This document shows, piece by piece, positions 48,411 through 57,983 of a stretch of DNA of 64,000 bases. The notes beneath the pieces were generated by a model. The model searched no databases and was not told where the DNA came from. It saw nothing but the letters and a program-made list of their open reading frames with translations. The translations under genes and the position numbers were made by a program. Source of the stretch: Patescibacteria group bacterium. GTDB taxonomy: Bacteria > Patescibacteriota > WWE3 > UBA101185 > UBA10185. Location of the stretch: assembly GCA_049322215.1 (NCBI GenBank), contig JBMORU010000001.1:260023-324022 (forward strand), in the 5' to 3' direction. Numbering within the stretch: position 1 is the stretch's first letter; the number at the start of each line of letters is the position of its first letter.

Positions 48411-48743
48411 ATGTCAAAACAAACAAATTTTTTGCCTAATGCGTATAAAGCAGAAGCAATTCGTTTACAATTTGGTGCGCAAAACTTTTCTGAAGGCTTT
48501 GGTGAGGTAGTGGCTACTTTCACGGAAGCGCTTGTGCTTGAAGATGCCGAAACCTTACGTGAGCTTGGCCTTTCGGAAGATGCCGTTAGCTTGATTTGTT
48601 CTTCTCAAGCTCTCACACAAAACGAATTCGAACTGCAACAAGCCGCCGCCGATTCCGAACGTGACTACTGGGGAACCTGGCAAGCTGAAGAAACGCGTTA
48701 TTGGGCACCTCGCGATTACTACGAAACCTACTGGAACCAATAA
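48411..48743 (+). CDS. ORFan acidic protein with W/Y-rich tail (cassette)
   Basis: 110 aa; TTGACA-N17-TATAAT; TAAGGAG SD; terminator. Confidence 0.75.
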   Translation: MSKQTNFLPNAYKAEAIRLQFGAQNFSEGFGEVVATFTEALVLEDAETLRELGLSEDAVSLICSSQALTQNEFELQQAAADSERDYWGTWQAEETRYWAPRDYYETYWNQ

Positions 48744-48752
48744 CCCATAAAT

Positions 48753-48803
48753 GTGGAGATTTAGTGTAACCCTCAAAGTTATATTAAACCTCCACTTTTT
48801 TTT
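48753..48803 (+). terminator. Terminator of ORFan cassette
   Basis: GTGGAGATTTAGTGTAAC/GTTATATTAAACCTCCAC plus T8. Confidence 0.8.
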
Positions 48804-48821
48804 GCAAATTTTTGTTAAGTT

Positions 48822-50759
48822 TTACTGCCAGTTAAAATTATTTCTATTATAGTCAAGATCATCTAAAAATCTGTCTACATCTTTACTTAGTCTTTTTCCT
48901 AGAGTGCCTTTTGGCTCAATATATTTGCTTGGAATTTCTGATAAAAATCTGCTCGGAGTAGTAGACTGTATATTTCCAAAATATAGGCGTGACATTGCTT
49001 GAGTCATTAACACTTTTTCCTTTGCTCTAGTTATGGCTACATAACACAACCTACGCTCTTCTTCTAATTCGGCTTTTTCCATTATTGATTGAGAATGCGG
49101 GAATAAACCCTCTTCCATGCCTACCAAAAAGATAATTGGAAATTCTAAACCTTTACTTGCATGCACCGTCATTAATGTAACTGCATTTTCTTCTTGTTGT
49201 TTACTTGGTTTGTCCAAACTTTCTATTAAAGCTACGTTTTCTAAGAATTCAGTTAGGTCTGTGAATTCGTGTGCTACAGACCTTAACTCTTTAATATTCT
49301 CTATGCGGTTTTCGTTTTCCTCTGTACCGTCATCTAACCAGTCTATATAACCAGTTTTTTCTATTACTTCATCCATTAATTCTACAGTTGCGAGTTTATC
49401 TTTATTCTCAATCCAGTAAGAAAAGGGAAGCCGCGCTTTATTTTCTATTTCAGTAATGTTCCATCCGTTTTGTTTTAAAGATTCCTTTGTTTTTTCGCCT
49501 ATTCCTCTGGGGGGAACATTAATTATTCGTGACCATGAAACCGAATCGTCTGGGTTATGTATTACACGTAAAAAGGCAATTACATCCTTAATCTCTTTAC
49601 GGGAATAAAATCTTAAACCTCCAATTATTTTGTATGGAATGTTATTTCTTATTAAGTGTTCTTCTATATTTCTTGATTGAGCGTTTGTTCTATATAAAAT
49701 TGCTACATCTTTGAATTGGTAGCCTTTTGTTAAATTTTCTAAAATTTCGTCAATAATGAATAAAGCCTCTTCTCGTTCTGTGCGTGCTGTATATGAAATC
49801 AGCTTTTCTCCTTCTCCGTTTTTTGTCCACAAGTCTAAAGGTATGTGTGTAGAATTGTTTTTTATAATGTTTTTTGCTGCGTCAAGTATGTTTTGTGTAG
49901 ATCTGTAGTTCTGTTCTAAGTTATACAGTTGAGCTTCAGGGTAATCTTTTTGAAAGTTTAATATATTTCTATAATCAGCACCTCTAAAAGAATATATTGC
50001 TTGAGACATGTCTCCTACTACATATATGTTTTTATGATTAGCGGCTAACGTTTTGGAAATTATATATTGGGCTTTATTAGTATCTTGATATTCATCTATA
50101 AGAATATATTGGAACTGTTGTTGATATTTAAACCTTATTGTATCTGCATAAGTTAGCAAATTAACTGTTTCTACAAGAAGGTCATCAAAATCTAGGGCAT
50201 TATTATTTCTTAGCCTTTTTTGATATTCCGGATAAATTTTTGCTACCGTTTTGTAAAAATAGCCACTAGTAAACTTTGCATAGCTTTTGGGATCTACTAA
50301 TTCGGCTTTTGCGTTTGAAATTGCTGAAGAAACTGCATAAGGATTTACCTTTTTTTTATCTATTCCAAAGTCTTTTTGTATTTCTTTTATTAAATCAATT
50401 TGATCTGCCTTGTCGTAAATAGCAAAGGAAGGCTGTATACCTATTTGAAATCCATCTTTTCTCAATATTTTTGCGCAAATAGAATGAAAGGTTCCGCTCC
50501 ATGGAACAATTTTGTTTTCCCCCAATAAATCGGCAACACGCTCTTTTATTTCACCTGCAGCTTTATTAGTAAAAGTTACACACAAAATATTTTCTTCTTC
50601 TACTTTTTTTTCATGTATTAAATGAGCAATTCTGTGTGTTAATACTCTTGTTTTTCCGCTTCCGGGGCCTGCTACAACTAGTGCTGGTCCAATAAAATGT
50701 TTGGCAGCGTCTTCTTGTTTATTGTTTAATTTTTTGAGGAAATCTGTAAGTTGAGACAC
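48822..50759 (-). CDS. pcrA: ATP-dependent DNA helicase PcrA/UvrD
   Basis: AGPGSGKT, DEYQD, QNYRST, YRTNAQSR, HASKGLEF, EERRLCYV; probable GTG start at 50759. Confidence 0.95.
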   Translation of the reverse strand: MSQLTDFLKKLNNKQEDAAKHFIGPALVVAGPGSGKTRVLTHRIAHLIHEKKVEEENILCVTFTNKAAGEIKERVADLLGENKIVPWSGTFHSICAKILRKDGFQIGIQPSFAIYDKADQIDLIKEIQKDFGIDKKKVNPYAVSSAISNAKAELVDPKSYAKFTSGYFYKTVAKIYPEYQKRLRNNNALDFDDLLVETVNLLTYADTIRFKYQQQFQYILIDEYQDTNKAQYIISKTLAANHKNIYVVGDMSQAIYSFRGADYRNILNFQKDYPEAQLYNLEQNYRSTQNILDAAKNIIKNNSTHIPLDLWTKNGEGEKLISYTARTEREEALFIIDEILENLTKGYQFKDVAILYRTNAQSRNIEEHLIRNNIPYKIIGGLRFYSRKEIKDVIAFLRVIHNPDDSVSWSRIINVPPRGIGEKTKESLKQNGWNITEIENKARLPFSYWIENKDKLATVELMDEVIEKTGYIDWLDDGTEENENRIENIKELRSVAHEFTDLTEFLENVALIESLDKPSKQQEENAVTLMTVHASKGLEFPIIFLVGMEEGLFPHSQSIMEKAELEEERRLCYVAITRAKEKVLMTQAMSRLYFGNIQSTTPSRFLSEIPSKYIEPKGTLGKRLSKDVDRFLDDLDYNRNNFNWQ

Positions 50760-50781
50760 GTGAGTATAATAACATGTAAAG

Positions 50782-51759
50782 TTACAACAGGTTATGTTCA
50801 ATGTTTATGCCTAAAGTTGCATAACTGTGATCTAGCATTAAAATCATATCACCCTTTCTATCTATGCTTTTTAAAACTACCCCAACTACTTCTTTATTTT
50901 CGTTACTTGCATATGTTACTAAGCATAAACCCGCTTCTTCGGTATAACCTGTTTTTACCCCAGCAACTCCTGGGTACGATGCTAATAAGTTTGTTTGGTT
51001 ATACAGGTGTAGATATTTATGTGTATTTCCCGATAGTTCTTTTTCTACGGTTGAAACTATTTTTTTGAAGTCCTCATTTTCTAAGGCATACTTTGTAAGT
51101 TTAACCAAATCTGCTGGTGTGCTATAAGTATCATCATTTAAGCCACTAGGATCGGTAAAATAGGTATCTTTTAGTCCTAATTCTCTGGCTTTTAAATTCA
51201 TCCAAAAAACAAAGGTTTCAGCATCTCCGGCTGTTCCTTCAGCTAGTGCATATGCAGCATCGTTTCCTGAATGCAAAATAAGTCCGTATAGTAATTCTTC
51301 TATAGTATAAACTTCACCTTCGCTTATTCCCATTGAGTTTTCTCCTACACTTGATGCATTTGCTGTAACGTACACTTTGTCGTTTAAACTTTTATGTTCT
51401 AATGAAAGCACGGCTGTCATAATTTTTACTAAGCTCGCTATTTTTCTTCTTTCATTTGCGTTTTTTTCGAAAAGTATATTTCCTGTATTTATATCCACCA
51501 GCATTCCTGCTTCTGCAGCAATTTCGGGTTGGTTAACTGTACCTAGTTCTACTTTTGGTTCCCAACTATTATCGTTTGTAAAATTTTTGAGCTTTGAGTT
51601 TATATATTTTTCTTCAGGAGAAATTTTTCTTTGATCAACAAACCCTTTTACTACGGGTTTGAAATTGGCATCACTTTTATCTGCAAAAATAAAAGTTCCT
51701 AACACTACTATTCCTGCAAACAACAGAATATTAAGAATTACTGTTTTTCCATTTGACAT
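50782..51759 (-). CDS. D-alanyl-D-alanine carboxypeptidase (S11)
   Basis: SLVK, SGN and KTG motifs. Confidence 0.92.
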   Translation of the reverse strand: MSNGKTVILNILLFAGIVVLGTFIFADKSDANFKPVVKGFVDQRKISPEEKYINSKLKNFTNDNSWEPKVELGTVNQPEIAAEAGMLVDINTGNILFEKNANERRKIASLVKIMTAVLSLEHKSLNDKVYVTANASSVGENSMGISEGEVYTIEELLYGLILHSGNDAAYALAEGTAGDAETFVFWMNLKARELGLKDTYFTDPSGLNDDTYSTPADLVKLTKYALENEDFKKIVSTVEKELSGNTHKYLHLYNQTNLLASYPGVAGVKTGYTEEAGLCLVTYASNENKEVVGVVLKSIDRKGDMILMLDHSYATLGINIEHNLL

Positions 51760-51830
51760 AAGAGTACTACTAGTTAATGTGGACAGTTGTTATGTTATCA
51801 TAAATTTGTAATAAGTTTTAAGGAGCCTTT

Positions 51831-52094
51831 ATGATAGAACTAATCGATTTTTATGCCGATTGGTGTGGTCCTTGTCAGGCTATGAAGCCTATATTTGAAG
51901 AAGTAGAACAAGATTATGCAGGAAAGGTAGAATTTAAAAGAGTAGATGTTGAAGAAGATATAGCACAGGCACAGCAATTTGGCGTATTAAGCATACCAAC
52001 ATTTGTATTATTAAAAGATGGAAACGAAGTAGATCGTCGTACCGGGGCAATGCCTAAAGACACATTAAAGTCCTGGATAGACTCTAACCTTTAG
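51831..52094 (+). CDS. trxA: Thioredoxin
   Basis: DFYADWCGPC, SIPT. Confidence 0.93.
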   Translation: MIELIDFYADWCGPCQAMKPIFEEVEQDYAGKVEFKRVDVEEDIAQAQQFGVLSIPTFVLLKDGNEVDRRTGAMPKDTLKSWIDSNL

Positions 52095-52120
52095 TTATTA
52101 ATTTAAGAGAGAAAACAATT

Positions 52121-53206
52121 ATGCCCACAAGACTTGCAATAAATGGTTTTGGCCGTATCGGTCGTGCCGCTTTTAAAATAGCTTCAGAAAAGAAAGATAT
52201 AGAAATTGTTGCTATAAATGACTTAACCAATGCAAATGCCCTTGCACACTTACTAAAATATGATTCTGTTTATGGAATATTTTCTAAAGAAGTACATGTA
52301 GAACAATCAGGAAAAAAACTTAAGCTAGATACTTGGGATAATGTAGATGAGTTTTTTAAAGGAGATACCGCACCAGATACCTATTTAGTTGTGGACGGGA
52401 AAAAAACATTAATACTGTCAGAAAAAGATCCCGCAAATTTACCGTGGAAAAGCTTAGAAATTGATGTGGTTTTAGAATGTACAGGGCGTTTTGTGAAAGA
52501 TGGCGCAGCTACAGCACACGTGGAGGCTGGTGCCAAAAAAGTAGTTGTATCTGCCCCTACGAAAGGAAGTGGCAATATTCAAATGTTTTTACTTGGGGCA
52601 AACCATGATCAGTATTTTGGGCAAAATGTTATTTCAAATGCCTCGTGTACCACAAACTGTATATCTCCAGTTATGCGTGTATTGCATAAAAACTTTAAAG
52701 TTTTGAAGTCTGCTATGACTACTATTCACGCTTATACATCTACACAAAACTTGGTAGATGGTCCAGCGCCTGGAGGTAAGGGTGATATGCGCCGTGCTCG
52801 TGGCGCTGCCCAAAATATTATCCCTACTACTACAGGTGCTGCTATTGCTACAACTAAAGTTATTCCTGATTTAGAAGGTGTTTTTGACGGATTAGCTATT
52901 CGTGTTCCTGTTCCAACAGGGTCAATAACCGATATAACGGTGTTGCTTAATAAAAAAACCAGCAAAGATGAAATTAATAATGCTTTTGTTGAAGCCTCTA
53001 AGCAAGATTTTTACAAAGGTATTTTAGGGGTTAGTTACGAACCATTAGTTTCAACAGATATTGTAGGGAGTAGCTATTCAGCTATTGTTGATTTGGCTTT
53101 AACAAATGTTGTTGATGGTGATTTAGTTAAAGTTATGGCCTGGTATGATAATGAATGGGGTTATAGCACACGACTTGTAGAAATGGCTTTATTAACTACA
53201 GAATAA
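52121..53206 (+). CDS. gap: Glyceraldehyde-3-phosphate dehydrogenase
   Basis: INGFGRIGR, ASCTTNC, WYDNEWGY. Confidence 0.98.
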   Translation: MPTRLAINGFGRIGRAAFKIASEKKDIEIVAINDLTNANALAHLLKYDSVYGIFSKEVHVEQSGKKLKLDTWDNVDEFFKGDTAPDTYLVVDGKKTLILSEKDPANLPWKSLEIDVVLECTGRFVKDGAATAHVEAGAKKVVVSAPTKGSGNIQMFLLGANHDQYFGQNVISNASCTTNCISPVMRVLHKNFKVLKSAMTTIHAYTSTQNLVDGPAPGGKGDMRRARGAAQNIIPTTTGAAIATTKVIPDLEGVFDGLAIRVPVPTGSITDITVLLNKKTSKDEINNAFVEASKQDFYKGILGVSYEPLVSTDIVGSSYSAIVDLALTNVVDGDLVKVMAWYDNEWGYSTRLVEMALLTTE

Positions 53207-53245
53207 AAAGGCCAGTACTTATTTATTGTAAACAAATACTAGCCT
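53205..53245 (-). terminator. Terminator of ORFan cassette
   Basis: AGGCCAGTACTTATTTA/TAAACAAATACTAGCCT; G-U pairs on minus strand. Confidence 0.55.
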
Positions 53246-53254
53246 AAAAGTTGT

Positions 53255-53470
53255 TTATGGTGCTGCGCGATGCCATATTCCATCCCCTGTTTTCAAGAAT
53301 ACTGCTTGATTGTATGCAAGCCTGTTGAAGTTTCTTGTTGAAGTTCCTTTTAATTCAACAGGGTGCGTTCCATAAGTTTCAACCAAGTAATAGGTATCGG
53401 GTTGGGGAGGGCTATTTGCACACCTCATTTGCGAAAACACAAAATCATTCATTGCGCATGTTTCACTCAT
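53255..53470 (-). CDS. ORFan small protein (cassette)
   Basis: 71 aa; shares a motif with 53587-54063; start uncertain. Confidence 0.55.
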   Translation of the reverse strand: MSETCAMNDFVFSQMRCANSPPQPDTYYLVETYGTHPVELKGTSTRNFNRLAYNQAVFLKTGDGIWHRAAP

Positions 53471-53540
53471 ATCGCTCTCCGGGGTATTTAGTTTTCTCCT
53501 TTAATTGGGATACGTAAATATTAACATGCACAAAAAATTT

Positions 53541-53585
53541 TGTGAGGTGTTTCCTTAGATACGTCGCTTAAGAAACACCTGCACA
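53541..53585 (-). terminator. Terminator-like hairpin of ORFan cassette
   Basis: AGGTGTTTC/GAAACACCT stem. Confidence 0.55.
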
Positions 53586-53586
53586 T

Positions 53587-54063
53587 TTAGGCTACCAAAA
53601 CCCAATTGCCATCTTTATACAAAAACACTGTGTCAGGACCATCTGCAGACGGTTCGTTTTTGCTTTTGTATGGCTCAGATACAATGGGTTTTCCAATTAG
53701 TTTTCTAGTAACCCGATAGTAATACCCTTCTCTCGGTTTTTCTTTTGTAATGTTTGTAAATGTTTCTGTATCCATTTGAAGCACAGGCAAATTCAACGAG
53801 TTTATTAGACTACGTAACCTGCTACCTCTGTGTGTTACTTCTTCATCTGCGCAGTGTCTCCATGTTCCTATTTCAGATTCAGCTTGTCCAAAACCATCGT
53901 TGTAACGAACGCATGTCCATCCATTTATACGTGGTGGAAAAGACTCCCCAAAATAGATTGCGCGTTTAATGCGGTTGCCTGAATACTTTATCAGGTAGTA
54001 ACCTTCTTCTGGGCTGTGATTATATTTAGCTATAAATCCAGCCGTTAGGTTTAATTTAGTCAT
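53587..54063 (-). CDS. ORFan protein with internal duplication (cassette)
   Basis: 158 aa; TATAAT; AAAAGGAG SD. Confidence 0.72.
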   Translation of the reverse strand: MTKLNLTAGFIAKYNHSPEEGYYLIKYSGNRIKRAIYFGESFPPRINGWTCVRYNDGFGQAESEIGTWRHCADEEVTHRGSRLRSLINSLNLPVLQMDTETFTNITKEKPREGYYYRVTRKLIGKPIVSEPYKSKNEPSADGPDTVFLYKDGNWVLVA

Positions 54064-54145
54064 TTGTATCTCCTTTTATTACGTGAGCAATATTAACACA
54101 TTATAGGTTAATTTGCACCTTAGCAATGCTCTAAAGTGTTAGAAT

Positions 54146-55114
54146 ATGTTCACTATGCTTTCGGTAAAACAAGCGCCAATTATAGCAGGTAAAACAGTCT
54201 TAGTACGTTGCGACTTCGATGTTCCATTAAAAAATGGAGAGATAGAAAATACTTTTAGAATTGATATGTGCATTCCTACTTTGAAGTTTTTGTTAGAAGA
54301 GGGCGCAAACTTAGTTTTGGCAACAAAGTTAGGAAATCCGAAAGGCGTTTTTGTTGAAGAACTAAGCACACAAGTTATAAAGCCATACTTAAGTAAAAAA
54401 CTGGGCGAAGGCAATTACACCCTTTTGGAGAATTTAAGATTTGATCCGCGCGAAAAAGAAAATTCTATAGAATTTGCGAAAGAATTAGCAACGGGGGTGG
54501 ATTTTTACGTAAACGAGTGTTTTGCAACTTCCCACCGAAACGATACCTCCATAGTAGGATTTAAAAACATTTTACCTTCATACGCAGGCTTAAGGTTAGT
54601 AGAAGAAGTAGAAGTTTTATCTTCAATATTAAAAAACCCAAAAAGGCCTTTGGTTTCAATAATAGGTGGTGCAAAGCTAGAAAGTAAAAAACCAGCAGTT
54701 GATAAGTTTTTAAAAATTTCGGACGCTGTTTTAGTGGGAGGAAAAATAGGTTTAGACTGGAATGAAAATGTACCAGAAAATTTATTTCTACCTGTTGACT
54801 ACGCTCAAGATAATTTAGATATAGGGCCAAACACGATAAAAATGTTTCAAGACATTATAAAAGATGCAAAGACTATTGTTTGGGCAGGCCCTTTAGGCTA
54901 TTACGAAGATACCGAGTACTTAACAGGAACTTCAAAAATTGCGGAAGCTGCGGTAAACTCACTTGCACATGTGACTGTAGGTGGTGGAGATACCACCACA
55001 GCAATCGAAAAAGCAGGGTTTTTAAACGATATAGACTTTGTTTCTACTGGGGGTGGCGCAATGTTGGAATTTTTAATAAAAGGCACCCTTCCCGGAATTG
55101 AGGCATTAAATTAA
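54146..55114 (+). CDS. pgk: Phosphoglycerate kinase (compact)
   Basis: VRCDFDVP, LLENLRF, GGAK, GGGDT, STGGGA; start could be 54155. Confidence 0.95.
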   Translation: MFTMLSVKQAPIIAGKTVLVRCDFDVPLKNGEIENTFRIDMCIPTLKFLLEEGANLVLATKLGNPKGVFVEELSTQVIKPYLSKKLGEGNYTLLENLRFDPREKENSIEFAKELATGVDFYVNECFATSHRNDTSIVGFKNILPSYAGLRLVEEVEVLSSILKNPKRPLVSIIGGAKLESKKPAVDKFLKISDAVLVGGKIGLDWNENVPENLFLPVDYAQDNLDIGPNTIKMFQDIIKDAKTIVWAGPLGYYEDTEYLTGTSKIAEAAVNSLAHVTVGGGDTTTAIEKAGFLNDIDFVSTGGGAMLEFLIKGTLPGIEALN

Positions 55115-55115
55115 T

Positions 55116-55379
55116 ATGGCTACTTTAAAAGCTAGTTTTCCTGAAAAATGTATAGGGTGTGAATTATGTGTAATGGAAGCGCAGAGGCAACTCGAAAAAG
55201 TTGGTCTTGAAGGTGCTTTAATAAGAGTTTTGAGAAACTCTAAAACTTCTGAACTAATGTTTTACATTGACATAGATCCTCAAATCAACAATTTTGATAT
55301 ACAGGAAATAAAAAAAATTTGCCCTACTTTAGTATTTACAGTTGAGGAGGATGATAAAAGCGATGATTTCTCAAGCTAA
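55116..55379 (+). CDS. Ferredoxin-like 4Fe-4S protein (GOR small-subunit-like)
   Basis: CIGCELC and a distal CP. Confidence 0.7.
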   Translation: MATLKASFPEKCIGCELCVMEAQRQLEKVGLEGALIRVLRNSKTSELMFYIDIDPQINNFDIQEIKKICPTLVFTVEEDDKSDDFSS

Positions 55380-56214
55380 AAAAGTTTTACATATAAATCT
55401 TCCAAAGCATACTTACGAAATTAAAAGTTATCCCGATTTGTCTCATTTTATTGGAGGAGTTGGTTTGGGTTTGAAATTACTTTCCCTGTATAGAGAAGAA
55501 CTACCATTAATTTTTGCGGTCGGCCCTTTAAATGGGTTTTTTCCTTTTGCATCTAAAACCTCAGTTTTAATGGAAGATAATGGCGCTATAGAAGATTTGT
55601 ATTTAGGTGGATCTCTGTCACATCGTATTAGATATGCAGGCTTAGACGCTATTGTTTTGTTAGGTAAGTCGCGAGTTCCAACAATTTTAGAAATTCAAGA
55701 TGATGAAGTTAAATTTCATTCTCTTGATACCGATTTAGGATTATTAGGATTGCCAGGGAAAAAAAGTGTACTAAATTTCACTCAAAAAGGTTTTTACCTA
55801 GACGAATATTTCGAAGCACCAGGGAAATTTTTAGAAAAGCGCTTGCTTCAAAAAAATATTAAAGCAATTTGCGTAACTGGAACTAAATCTCATAAATTAA
55901 AAAATCCAGCTAAATATGAAGCTTTATATAAGCGTTTACTTAGTGACGTTACTAAACTTACTGTAGCTGCAAGTAGTAACCCTTCTTGTTCTGGATGCCC
56001 TGTGGGATGTGCTTTGTCAAAAACAGGTGAGATAGGAGGGAATTTGCTTGTACATAGCTTAGTAGGCTGTGCCTTTGCCGAAAAAATATATTCCGATGTA
56101 GGTACTGTTTTTTCATGCTTAAATGTATTAGGTTATACATACACGCATGAAGATATAGAAAATTTACCTGAAATTATTTATTCTGTTTTGGAGGAACTAA
56201 CTGCTCATGCCTAA
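55363..56214 (+). CDS. Truncated aldehyde:ferredoxin oxidoreductase family protein
   Basis: FIGGVGLG, FAVGPLNG, LGG...RYAGLDAIVLLGKS, KNIKAI, CSGCPVGC; only about 283 aa. Confidence 0.75.
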   Translation: MISQAKKVLHINLPKHTYEIKSYPDLSHFIGGVGLGLKLLSLYREELPLIFAVGPLNGFFPFASKTSVLMEDNGAIEDLYLGGSLSHRIRYAGLDAIVLLGKSRVPTILEIQDDEVKFHSLDTDLGLLGLPGKKSVLNFTQKGFYLDEYFEAPGKFLEKRLLQKNIKAICVTGTKSHKLKNPAKYEALYKRLLSDVTKLTVAASSNPSCSGCPVGCALSKTGEIGGNLLVHSLVGCAFAEKIYSDVGTVFSCLNVLGYTYTHEDIENLPEIIYSVLEELTAHA

Positions 56215-56872
56215 ATACATTGTTGCCAATTGGAAACAAAACAAAAATTTAAAAGAAATATCTGACTGGTTAGAAGTTTATAAGAATCAAGATTTTGTAC
56301 TAAGTAGTGATATTAACGTTATTGTTTGCCCCTCATTTCCGTACCTTAATTTTTTAAAAGAAAATAGCGATGCTGAACTTTTAAGTATTGCTACCCAAGA
56401 TGTGTCTGAATATTCCGTGGGTTCTCATACAGGTAATGTTGGTGCAGAACAAGTTAAAGATTTTTGTACTTACAGCATAATTGGGCATAGCGAACGTAAA
56501 GAAGACAGGACACTAGTTAATAAAAAAAGAGATCTGTGTTTGGAAAATTCCATAACACCTATAATTTGTTTTGTTTCATTGACAGATGCTATAAACAGTG
56601 CTGTCCCGGGGGTGATTTTGGCTATGGAAGATCCAACAAATATATCAAAAAACGGTGTGTATAATGTGCAAAACCCTACTGCTATCGAAGAATCCTTAAA
56701 TGAGGTAAAATCAAAATTGTCGATTGAAGTACCGCTGTTGTACGGAGGCTCTGTAAATAAAGATAATGTAACCTCTCTGAGTGCAATCGATACATTAAAT
56801 GGTATTTTAGTTGGGCATGCTAGCTTGGATGCTTTACATTTTATTAAACTAGTTCAAGCTTTTAATAATTAA
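56207..56872 (+). CDS. tpiA: Triosephosphate isomerase
   Basis: ANWK, IGHSER, YGGSV, GILVGHASL; catalytic-Glu loop is divergent (AMEDP). Confidence 0.9.
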   Translation: MPKYIVANWKQNKNLKEISDWLEVYKNQDFVLSSDINVIVCPSFPYLNFLKENSDAELLSIATQDVSEYSVGSHTGNVGAEQVKDFCTYSIIGHSERKEDRTLVNKKRDLCLENSITPIICFVSLTDAINSAVPGVILAMEDPTNISKNGVYNVQNPTAIEESLNEVKSKLSIEVPLLYGGSVNKDNVTSLSAIDTLNGILVGHASLDALHFIKLVQAFNN

Positions 56873-56874
56873 TT

Positions 56875-57981
56875 ATGCGTTATGTTGATTTGGGGAAGTC
56901 AGTTTCCTCAAGGGAAAATAATAATAATGTTCCTATAACCACTTTGAGTGGGAATTTAACTAGTGCAAAGAAATCTTCAGGATATGGATACTTAAAATAT
57001 ATAATTATATTTTTTGTATTAGGGTTGGTAGGGGGTTTGTTTTTATTTTTTGGAAAAGGTGCAGGGGCATTGTTTGACCCTGTTTCAGTAGTATCAACAA
57101 TAGCAAGTGCTGATTTAAATGAAACCGATGGACGCACAAATGTATTGATTTTGGGCTCAGACAAACGCAGTGATGGCAGTGTAGTAACCTCAGAACTAAC
57201 TGACACAATTTTAGTAGCTTCTATAGGGAGAGTTGAGGGGAATGTTGTTTTAATATCATTACCCAGGGATTTATGGGTTACTGCCCCAAGTGGAGGCAAA
57301 TCAAAAATAAATGCGGTTTATGCCTTTGGTGGTGCAGAAGAACTTCAATCTGTAGTCGAAGATGTGTTAGGGATACCAATTCATTACTATGCTGTAGTAG
57401 ACTTTAATTTATTTCAGGATTCTATAGATATTTTAGGTGGTATAGATGTTAATGTTGAAAGAACCTTTGATGATTTTTACTATCCTATTGAAGGTAAAGA
57501 GACAGCTCCAGAAAATGAACGCTATGAAACTGTTCACTTTGACGCAGGCTTGCAAAACATGAATGGTGAAATGGCTTTAAAATATGTACGTTCCCGTAAA
57601 GGCACAAATGGTGAAGGAACAGACTTCGCACGATCTAGACGTCAGCAAAACGTAATTATGGCTATAAAAAACAAGGCACTTTCCTTAGAAACACTTGTTG
57701 ATTTACCTAAATTAAAAGAGCTTTATGATACATATTCTAAGCATGTAGATACTAATATAGATTTTTCCACTGCACAGAGCTTCTACTTACTATCACAAAA
57801 AATAAACTTTGAGAGTATAAGAACAGTAGTTTTAGATGATAGAAGTGCCGCTGATGAAGGTGGTTTGCTTTTCCACCCGACGGATACAAGCTTGTACGGG
57901 GGTGCCTATGTGTTGATTCCTCGTGCTGGTGATTATTCACAGTTACATGCATACGTACAACGTTATGTATTTGGTAATTAA
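56875..57981 (+). CDS. LytR-CpsA-Psr (LCP) family protein
   Basis: NVLILGSD, TDTI, SLPRD, KINA, YVRSR, DFARSRRQQ. Confidence 0.93.
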   Translation: MRYVDLGKSVSSRENNNNVPITTLSGNLTSAKKSSGYGYLKYIIIFFVLGLVGGLFLFFGKGAGALFDPVSVVSTIASADLNETDGRTNVLILGSDKRSDGSVVTSELTDTILVASIGRVEGNVVLISLPRDLWVTAPSGGKSKINAVYAFGGAEELQSVVEDVLGIPIHYYAVVDFNLFQDSIDILGGIDVNVERTFDDFYYPIEGKETAPENERYETVHFDAGLQNMNGEMALKYVRSRKGTNGEGTDFARSRRQQNVIMAIKNKALSLETLVDLPKLKELYDTYSKHVDTNIDFSTAQSFYLLSQKINFESIRTVVLDDRSAADEGGLLFHPTDTSLYGGAYVLIPRAGDYSQLHAYVQRYVFGN

Positions 57982-57983
57982 TC

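Noticed and set aside
38467-50759. Two UvrD-family helicases as a defence system
   Set aside because: Explained by housekeeping PcrA plus an AdnAB/AddAB-type repair helicase-nuclease beside rmuC
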